A stretch of 64,000 nucleotides of DNA, taken from contig CBDCOH010000002.1 in NCBI GenBank assembly GCA_965219685.1, positions 3,776,001 to 3,840,000 on the forward strand, read 5' to 3'. The position numbers and the translations under genes are program-made. The notes under the pieces were generated by a model. The model saw only the letters and a list, made by a program, of their open reading frames with translations. It did no database searches and had not been told where the DNA came from. The stretch comes from Candidatus Spongiisociaceae bacterium (GTDB taxonomy: Bacteria; Actinomycetota; Acidimicrobiia; Spongiisociales; Spongiisociaceae). The first letter of the stretch is position 1. Each line of letters opens with the position of its first letter. Of the stretch, positions 57,529 through 64,000 are shown in pieces.

Positions 57529-57664
57529 GTGAAGGCCCCCTGCATTGGTTAGCAGTCGATCCCGAGGACGCTGGGCGAGGCCGCACCGAGGCCCCACGTA
57601 GGGTTCGGGATCGTCCCAGTATACGGCCACTTTGCTGCTGGTTCCGCGACGGTTGGCAGGGTCC

Positions 57665-57797
57665 TCACCCCTCCCCGAGATCCCTCAGGAGGCGCGCTCA
57701 ACTCGCGGTGATATCGGTGTGGTCGACGAAGAAGCCGGGCATGCCGACGGCTTCGGCGCCTCGATGTTGGCAATCCGTTTCGTCCGCGAACAGGCGC
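57665..57797 (-). pseudogene. Decayed second copy of the 3' end of the HAD gene at 58643-59299
   Basis: AEAVGMPGFFVDHTDITAS* versus AEAVGMPGFFFDHTDIAASC; 1-bp deletion and a Cys-to-TGA change. Confidence 0.85.
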
Positions 57798-57825
57798 CGG
57801 CTTCGGGACGTATCCTCCGGCCGGT

Positions 57826-58221
57826 TCACACCTCGACTATCCGAGCGCGTGTATCCAGCACTGAGAGCAGTACACCCAACTCATCGGAATCGGACGTCAA
57901 CAACGTGACCTCCTCGCCTGAACGCTGAGCGTACGCCACCGCGAGCGCGACAGACGCATCGATCACATCGCTCGTCGTCGCTCGGCCACATAGTTGGCCG
58001 CCGGCGCGAGCCGTCGCTCCGTCGAGATCGACCTCGTTGCATCGCTTGAGCGTTCGCGATAGCAGCACTTGACGGTCCGGGTTCCTCCATGCCTGTCCGA
58101 TCACGCCGGTGGGAACATCAACGACTTCGCCCCTGTCGAAAGCAACTTTGAGCGCGGACAGAACTTCTTGGTTGCCGCGATCCACCTGGATCAGGGCGCC
58201 GGCATCGAGCACCAGGGTCAC
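57826..58221 (-). CDS. PIN-domain (VapC-like) toxin
   Basis: LVLDAGAL, GQAWR, DVIDASV, LLTSD. Confidence 0.85.
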   Translation of the reverse strand: MTLVLDAGALIQVDRGNQEVLSALKVAFDRGEVVDVPTGVIGQAWRNPDRQVLLSRTLKRCNEVDLDGATARAGGQLCGRATTSDVIDASVALAVAYAQRSGEEVTLLTSDSDELGVLLSVLDTRARIVEV

Positions 58222-58224
58222 GGT

Positions 58225-58614
58225 CTACCTACCAAGGATGGCGCGACCCCGCCGGAGCTGCTCCTCGGTGAACGCCCCGTTCTCGGCCTGCCACTCCTCC
58301 ATCAGCTTGCGGAAGCCCTCCGCCGCCTCACGCTGCCACTCCGGATTGTTGCGGAGACTGTTCGGGTTCCGGTCAGCCGCTTCAAAGGCCTTCTCCATGA
58401 GGTCGGCCAGCACGGGATCCTCAGGGCCGCCCATGCTGATGATCTGGATAGCTACGAGACCTGAAGGCTGTGGTGGCCCGGCAGGCCGCTGGTCAGCCCG
58501 ATCCGCCTGATCCCCATCCTTGTTGCCACCGGGCGCATCGGGCATCCGCGAAGGCCCCGAGATGCCGTCATCCAAAGAGTCGGCAACAACTGTGGTGTCC
58601 ATGAACGACAACAT
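58225..58614 (-). CDS. Putative antitoxin partner of the PIN toxin
   Basis: Immediately upstream of the PIN gene. C-terminus LMEEWQAENGAFTEEQL resembles actinobacterial antitoxin tails. Start uncertain. Confidence 0.6.
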   Translation of the reverse strand: MLSFMDTTVVADSLDDGISGPSRMPDAPGGNKDGDQADRADQRPAGPPQPSGLVAIQIISMGGPEDPVLADLMEKAFEAADRNPNSLRNNPEWQREAAEGFRKLMEEWQAENGAFTEEQLRRGRAILGR

Positions 58615-58642
58615 ACACGGTCATGATGAAAATTTCTATACG

Positions 58643-59299
58643 CTAGTTAGCGCTTTGTAGTCTCTCAGCCTTTCCGAGGCCCAAGTAGCTCACGAGGCCG
58701 GCGCAACTCGCGGCGATGTCGGTGTGGTCGAAGAAGAAGCCGGGCATGCCGACGGCTTCGGCGCCTTCGATGTTGACCGCCATGTCGTCCACGAACAGGC
58801 ACTCGGCGACGTCGAGACCCATGCGTTCGGCGGTGGACACATACGTGAGGGGGTGCGGTTTGCGGACCCCGAGGGTTACCACGTCGATGACATGTTCGAA
58901 CAGGTGGGCGTAGGGCCACGAGTCCCACCATCCGTATCCCAGCCACTCGCTCGAATCGTTGGAGAGGGTGGCCTGGCGGAACCGGCGGCCAAGCGTCTCG
59001 ATGGTGGCCATCACCTCCGGCCGCTCGGTGCCCTCCCAGTCGATCTCTCGCTTGAGATCGAGCGGGTAGCCACGTGCGGCGCTGTCCCGCTGGTATCTCT
59101 TCCAGTACTGGCCCTCAGTTAGCTCCCCAGTAGAGCACTTCGCGTAGTCGGTGTCCCCTTCGGCCGAGAAGGGTCCCCTTGGCAGCGTTCCCGGCGGCCA
59201 TCCCCTAGACGCTTCCAACCGGTCGAGCAGCTCGAAGGGGGTGGGGTAGAGGATCCCGCCCATGTCCCAGATGACGGCCCGGAGGTCAGCGGTCCCCAC
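58643..59299 (-). CDS. HAD-IA family hydrolase
   Basis: AVIWDMGG, LSND, RKPHP, FVDD..NIEGA. Confidence 0.9.
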   Translation of the reverse strand: MGTADLRAVIWDMGGILYPTPFELLDRLEASRGWPPGTLPRGPFSAEGDTDYAKCSTGELTEGQYWKRYQRDSAARGYPLDLKREIDWEGTERPEVMATIETLGRRFRQATLSNDSSEWLGYGWWDSWPYAHLFEHVIDVVTLGVRKPHPLTYVSTAERMGLDVAECLFVDDMAVNIEGAEAVGMPGFFFDHTDIAASCAGLVSYLGLGKAERLQSAN

Positions 59300-59657
59300 G
59301 TTCCCACTCCCGGGCGTGGTCCAGCAGCATCTCGCGCATGGAGCGGGCCGGCCCCGCCTCGGGGAGTTCGACCAGCACCGTGCCGGACTCGAGCCGTACC
59401 GGGTAGGAGCGGAGTTGGAGTTCGGGTTCGCCGCACTTGGCGCCGGTGGCGGCGTCGTAGCGCCAGAAGTGGAGCGGACAGGTGATGACCCCGTCCTTGA
59501 CCAGCCCGCCGGTCAGCGGGGACGCCTGATGGAGGCACTCGTTCCGGTATGCGTACGCACGGTCGCCGATCCGCACGACGACCGCCCGACCTCCGGCGAC
59601 GGCCACGCAACTGTTCGATGGAAGGTCCTGCAGTGCGCCGGCGCTAACCGTCGGCAT
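59286..59657 (-). CDS. Rieske [2Fe-2S] ferredoxin
   Basis: CLH...CPLH motif. Confidence 0.9.
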   Translation of the reverse strand: MPTVSAGALQDLPSNSCVAVAGGRAVVVRIGDRAYAYRNECLHQASPLTGGLVKDGVITCPLHFWRYDAATGAKCGEPELQLRSYPVRLESGTVLVELPEAGPARSMREMLLDHAREWERGDR

Positions 59658-59673
59658 CGTCAGACCCAACGCC

Positions 59674-61125
59674 CTAATCGTCCAGCTTCATGACCACGGC
59701 CTTGGACTCGGTGAAGAACTCGTAGCTGTAGTCGCCGCCCTCCCGGCCGACTCCCGAGTCCCCGTAGCCGCCGAAGGGCGCCCTCAGGTCCCGGACGAAG
59801 AAGCAGTTCACCCACATGGTGCCTGCCCTCACCTCTCGGGCCACCTTGTGGGCGGTGTTCACGTTGGTGGTCCAGACCATTCCCGCCAAGCCGTAGCGGG
59901 TGGCGTTGGCCACTTCGATGGCCTCGTCGATATCGTCGAAGGGGATCACCATCTCCACCGGCCCGAAGATCTCGTCCTGGCAGGAGCGCATGTGGTTGTC
60001 GGCGTCGGCGAAGACGGTGGGGGCCACGTAGTTGCCCCTGGCGAGTTCCCCGTCCGTGATCCGGTAACCGCCTGTCATCAGCTTGGCGCCCTCCTCGACG
60101 GCCAAGTCGATGTACGACAGGACCTTCTCCATGTGTTCGGCCGACACGAGCGGTCCCATCCCGGTGCGGGGATCGAGCGGGTTGCCCACCACGTAGCGGT
60201 CGGCTCCATCCACCATTCGGGCCACGAACTCGTCGTATATGGGGCGCTCCACTAGGAGTCGTGCCCCGGCCAGGCACACCTCGCCCTGGTTCGTGAAGAT
60301 GCCCTTCAGCGATCCGGCCACGGCCTTGTCGAGGTCGGCGTCGGCGCACACGATGTTGGGCGAGTTGCCGCCCAACTCGAAGGACAGCTTCTTCAGGGTG
60401 GGAGCGGCGGTGGCCATGATGGCCTTGCCGGTGGCGGACTCGCCGGTGAAGGTGATGGCGTCGACGTCGGCATGGGCCACCAGCGCTTCGCCGGCCTCCC
60501 CCGGTCCGAAGCCATGGACCACGTTGAACACTCCATCGGGCACCCCGGCGTCGCGGCAGATCTCAGCCAACAGGGTGGCGGTGACGGGCGACTGCTCGGC
60601 GGGCTTGGCCACCACCGTGCAACCGTAGGCGAGCGCCGGAGCCACCTTCCAGCTCAGGAGCATCAGCGGGAAGTTCCAGGGTGAGATGGCGCCCACCACC
60701 CCCAGCGGTTCCCGCAGCTCGTAGGTGAGCACCCCGTCCCACGGCTTGGAGAAGGCCTTCGTCGCGGCGTGCTCGGCCGCCTCCGCGAAGAACCGGAAGT
60801 TGTGGGCCGATCTCGGCATGTCCTTGGTGCGGGCCGCACCGATCGGCTTGCCCATGTCGCGGACCTCCCAGCGGGCCAGCTCGTCGAGACGGGCCTCGAT
60901 GCCCTCGGCGACCCGGAACAGGATCCTGCGCCGCTCAGCGGGGTCCATCGCTCCCCAGGCCGGGAAGGCCTCGCGGGCAGCCCGGACGGCCCGTCCCACG
61001 TCGATGTCGTCCCCCCTGGCCACGGTGGCGATCGGTTTGTTGTCGATCGGGCTGATCGATTCGAAGGTCTCGCCGGAGGACGGGTCGGTGAACTCGCCCC
61101 CGATGAAGTGCCGTAACGTGATCAT
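59674..61125 (-). CDS. Aldehyde dehydrogenase, 2-hydroxy(amino)muconic semialdehyde dehydrogenase-like
   Basis: PWNFP, FTGES, FELGG, NQGEVC, EIFGP, VRDLRAPFGG; operon context. Confidence 0.88.
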   Translation of the reverse strand: MITLRHFIGGEFTDPSSGETFESISPIDNKPIATVARGDDIDVGRAVRAAREAFPAWGAMDPAERRRILFRVAEGIEARLDELARWEVRDMGKPIGAARTKDMPRSAHNFRFFAEAAEHAATKAFSKPWDGVLTYELREPLGVVGAISPWNFPLMLLSWKVAPALAYGCTVVAKPAEQSPVTATLLAEICRDAGVPDGVFNVVHGFGPGEAGEALVAHADVDAITFTGESATGKAIMATAAPTLKKLSFELGGNSPNIVCADADLDKAVAGSLKGIFTNQGEVCLAGARLLVERPIYDEFVARMVDGADRYVVGNPLDPRTGMGPLVSAEHMEKVLSYIDLAVEEGAKLMTGGYRITDGELARGNYVAPTVFADADNHMRSCQDEIFGPVEMVIPFDDIDEAIEVANATRYGLAGMVWTTNVNTAHKVAREVRAGTMWVNCFFVRDLRAPFGGYGDSGVGREGGDYSYEFFTESKAVVMKLDD

Positions 61126-61367
61126 CCTGGTTCCTCCTGGGCTTCGGTCGCTTCTCGGGTCGCGGCGGCGCGTCGTTCGGCCATCACCACCGAAGAGGGA
61201 CGCCCGCCGATCCCGAACGTGTGAGCCGGCATCTCGTTGACCATGACCCGCACTGTCTCGATGGGGGCGTCGAGGCTGATCGCAGCTGCCTCTGACACGC
61301 TGGTGATCATCTTCTCGATCGTCTCCTGCGGGCGGCCCTCCAACAGGTTGACGGTGATTATCGGCAT
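61122..61367 (-). CDS. 4-oxalocrotonate tautomerase family
   Basis: N-terminal Pro (MPIITVNLLEGR), VRVMVNE, FGIGG. Confidence 0.92.
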   Translation of the reverse strand: MPIITVNLLEGRPQETIEKMITSVSEAAAISLDAPIETVRVMVNEMPAHTFGIGGRPSSVVMAERRAAATREATEAQEEPG

Positions 61368-61410
61368 CTCGGCTCCTCTGTGGTCATGGCGGTTCCGGCT
61401 CCCGGCTCTG

Positions 61411-62217
61411 CTAGTCGCTTACTTTCATGGACGCGCTACCCAAACGGTCGATCTCGATGACAACGTGGGTGCCGGGGTCGAGTTCGATGGGACCCGTAAG
61501 TCCACCGGAGATCACCAGTTGGCCTGCCGCGAGGCCCCGGCCGGACAGAGCCAGGCGGCGGACGAGCCAGGCAACGCTGGCAGCCGGATGCCCGTACGCC
61601 GCGGCTCCCGAAGACGTGTAGAGAAGTTGACCGTTCAAAGTCACGACCACCCCGACCCTCGACAGGTCGAAGACCGGTCTCGTTGCCCGGGTTCCCAGCA
61701 CCACCTTTCCCGCCGATGAGTTGTCGGCGGTGTTGTCCAGCGCCCGGAACCGGAAGTCCATGAACCGGGAGTCGACCACTTCGATGATCGGCACCACGTA
61801 TGCGGTGGCGGAGAGCACCTGCTCGGCGGAGACGCCGGGGCCGGAAACGTCCTCGCCCAGGACGAAGGCGATCTCAGGCTCCGCCTTCGGGTGGATCAAC
61901 TCCCCCAGGGACACTCTCCCGTCGGAGACGATCATCGGGTCGGTCAGCCACCCGAAGTTGGGAGAGTCCACTCCCAGCGCCTTCTGCATTGCGGCGGAGG
62001 TGAAACCGAGCTTGGCGCCCACCACCCGCTCGCCCCGGTCCACTCTCAGTTGCATGCCCCTTTCCGCGATGGCATAGGCCGCCCCTTCGGTGAAGTCGGG
62101 GTATTCGTCGGTCAGCCTGGTGGTGGGGATCCGGGAGAGGCGAGCCTGGTCGAGCCGGTCTGCAAGGTTCCCGATCGTGTCCGGATCGAGACGCTGCAGA
62201 CCGGTGGAGTCGTTCAT
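61411..62217 (-). CDS. 2-keto-4-pentenoate hydratase (FAH family)
   Basis: KLGFTSAAMQ..LGVDSPNFG, PKAEPEIAF, IEVVDSR, TADNSS. Confidence 0.82.
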   Translation of the reverse strand: MNDSTGLQRLDPDTIGNLADRLDQARLSRIPTTRLTDEYPDFTEGAAYAIAERGMQLRVDRGERVVGAKLGFTSAAMQKALGVDSPNFGWLTDPMIVSDGRVSLGELIHPKAEPEIAFVLGEDVSGPGVSAEQVLSATAYVVPIIEVVDSRFMDFRFRALDNTADNSSAGKVVLGTRATRPVFDLSRVGVVVTLNGQLLYTSSGAAAYGHPAASVAWLVRRLALSGRGLAAGQLVISGGLTGPIELDPGTHVVIEIDRLGSASMKVSD

Positions 62218-63002
62218 GCCACGGACAGTCCCACCGAGCCGATCCGGTCGAAGGAGGCGACGACAGTGTCCCCAGGGGCAACCGGTACCGCACCGGTCAA
62301 CGCCCCGGCCAGGACCAACGAACCGGCAGGGAGACCCTGGTCTCTCTCGGCCAGCTTCCGCACGAACCAGGCCACCGCCGCGGCCGGATGGCCCAGGACG
62401 GCCGCGCCCGCGGCGGTGGCGGCGATCTCGCCGTTCTTCTCGAACACGCAACCCACCAGCGCCAAGTCGAAGTCGCCTAGGGCTACCGGATTCCCCACTG
62501 TGAACGCCCCGGCACTGCAGTTGTCGGCCACTACGTCGGCCAGGGTGAAGGAGTATCCGGCGAAACGGGAGTCGAGGATGTCGAGCGCCGGCGCAACGGC
62601 GGCGGTGGCGGCGAGAACCTCGTGCAGACCGACCGGTCCCTCGAGGTCCTTCGAGGTTATGAACGCGATTTCCGGCTCGGCGCGGGGCTGGATGAGCAGG
62701 CCACTTTCCAGGGGCTGTCCGGGATTCAGGCGGTGGCGGTCCGTGAACCATCCATACAGAGCCTCGGAGACCCCCATCTGTTGCTGTTTTGCCCGGCTGG
62801 TCAACCCCAGCTTGGCGGCGACGATGGTTTCACCATCTACCTCGGCACGGGCCAGAAGGGTGTCCTGGATGTCGTAGGCGTCGTCGACGGTGAACCGGTG
62901 CTCGGTCGTCAGGGAGTCGATGGCGGTCCGCGTTTCGACGGCGTTCGCCAATCTGGCCGCGAAACGCTCTGCCAGATCGCTAGCGGGTGCTGGGCGTATC
63001 AC
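62214..63002 (-). CDS. 4-oxalocrotonate decarboxylase-like (FAH family)
   Basis: KLGLTSRAKQQQMGV, PRAEPEIAF, FTLADVVADN, GAAVLGHP. Confidence 0.82.
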   Translation of the reverse strand: MIRPAPASDLAERFAARLANAVETRTAIDSLTTEHRFTVDDAYDIQDTLLARAEVDGETIVAAKLGLTSRAKQQQMGVSEALYGWFTDRHRLNPGQPLESGLLIQPRAEPEIAFITSKDLEGPVGLHEVLAATAAVAPALDILDSRFAGYSFTLADVVADNCSAGAFTVGNPVALGDFDLALVGCVFEKNGEIAATAAGAAVLGHPAAAVAWFVRKLAERDQGLPAGSLVLAGALTGAVPVAPGDTVVASFDRIGSVGLSVA

Positions 63003-63014
63003 GTCTGGCTCCTC

Positions 63015-64000
63015 TCACGCTACGGCGGGTTGGGCCGCCGCCGCCCGGCGCTGGAGTTCCATCGCCACGTCGATGATCATGTCCTCCTGGCCTCCCACCA
63101 CTCTCCGCTCGCCCAGTTCCAGCAGGATGTCCCTGGTCGGGACGCCGTATCTCTCGGCGGCGCGCTTGGCGTGCAGCAGGAACGACCCGTAGACGCCCGC
63201 GTAGCCCAGTAGCAGCCCGTCGCCGTCGATGACTCCCTGCTCGGGACGGATGGGGCGGACCGCCCGGTCGGCCACCTCGATCAGTGAGATCGGGTCGATG
63301 CCGGTCACCCAGCCGGTCTTCTCGCACGCTGCGACCAGCACCTCGGTGGGGCAGTTGCCGGCCCCGGCGCCCAGGCCGGTCATGCACCCGTCGATCTGGT
63401 CCACCCCTTCCTCAAGGGCGGCAAGGGAGTTGGCCACCGCCAGGGATAGGTTGTTGTGGGCATGGATACCCACCTCGCATGACAGGCCGGCCTTGAGGGT
63501 CGCCACCCGGCGCCGGGCGTCGTCGATGGTCATGGCCCCGGCCGAGTCGACCGTGTAGACCACGTCGGCGCCGTAGGACTCCATGAGCAGGGCCTGCTCC
63601 AGCAGCGCGTCCGGTTCGATCATGTGGGACATCATCAGGAAGCCCACCGCTTCCATCCCGAGTTCCTTGGACAGCGCGATGTGCTGCTCGGCTATGTCGG
63701 CTTCGGTGCAGTGGGTGGCGATGCGGGCCACCCGGACGCCCATCCCGGCGGCCCGGCGGAGGTCGTCCTTCACCCCGATCCCCGGGAGCATCAGCACGGC
63801 GATCTTGGAGTTGGTAGCCGTCTCGACCGCCACCCTGATGAGGTTCATCTCGTCGGTGTGCGAGAAGCCGTAGTTGAAAGACGATCCCCCCAGCCCGTCG
63901 CCGTGGGTGACCTCGATCACGGGGACCCCGGCCTGGTCCAGCCCGGCCACGACCCGCCGGACCTGGCTCTCGGTGAGTTGGTGGGCCACGGCGTGCGAAC
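63015..64000 (-). CDS. dmpG: 4-hydroxy-2-oxovalerate aldolase; 5' end outside window
   Basis: [61 protein letters not shown]. Confidence 0.95.
   Translation of the reverse strand, partial: SHAVAHQLTESQVRRVVAGLDQAGVPVIEVTHGDGLGGSSFNYGFSHTDEMNLIRVAVETATNSKIAVLMLPGIGVKDDLRRAAGMGVRVARIATHCTEADIAEQHIALSKELGMEAVGFLMMSHMIEPDALLEQALLMESYGADVVYTVDSAGAMTIDDARRRVATLKAGLSCEVGIHAHNNLSLAVANSLAALEEGVDQIDGCMTGLGAGAGNCPTEVLVAACEKTGWVTGIDPISLIEVADRAVRPIRPEQGVIDGDGLLLGYAGVYGSFLLHAKRAAERYGVPTRDILLELGERRVVGGQEDMIIDVAMELQRRAAAAQPAVA

Noticed and set aside
2767-63873. Numerous long antisense or alternative-frame ORFs (e.g. 2767-4260, 6902-8293, 29339-30757, 32725-34314, 46915-48375)
   Set aside because: Shadow ORFs of high-GC3 genes, with no motifs and R/P/G-biased composition.

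Overview
High-GC actinobacterial chromosomal segment. It is most consistent with Acidimicrobiia (inference from AAC-GD lipoproteins, SLH-like anchors, actinobacterial ARG boxes and a HAIR operator). Housekeeping and metabolic content: Zn ABC transporter, GH13 and GH1 glycosidases, a secreted nuclease plus 5'-nucleotidase, alpha-glucoside ABC genes, sahR-ahcY, argRGH, haloalkane dehalogenase, pepP, uppS-like, pyrE, nfo, clpB, panB, add, an uncharacterised MmgE/CoA-ligase/amidase cluster and the lower meta-cleavage operon. Accessory cargo is interspersed: an AAA-DUF4143 ATPase, an Hhe-type DUF4011 helicase-nuclease and a PIN toxin-antitoxin pair. No rRNA, tRNA, CRISPR array, transposase or integrase was recognised. 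The most unusual signals are non-coding. (1) Two diverged copies (34264-34473 +, 44737-44947 -) of a ~210-bp element have their own promoter, a palindromic operator, a covarying ~117-nt RNA core and a terminator; this is a candidate undescribed sRNA or mobile-RNA family. (2) About 16 heptamer tandem arrays sit only at gene boundaries with near-strict polarity (G/T-rich strand downstream of stops, C/A-rich strand upstream of starts) and often supply the stop codon. (3) In two independent cases cargo genes sit between an intact gene and a decayed second copy of that gene's 3' end. Also notable are an AztD-like propeller fused into a ZnuA and a Cys-rich N-terminal extension on the Hhe helicase. 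All calls come from reading the sequence and ORF track; no searches or folding programs were run.
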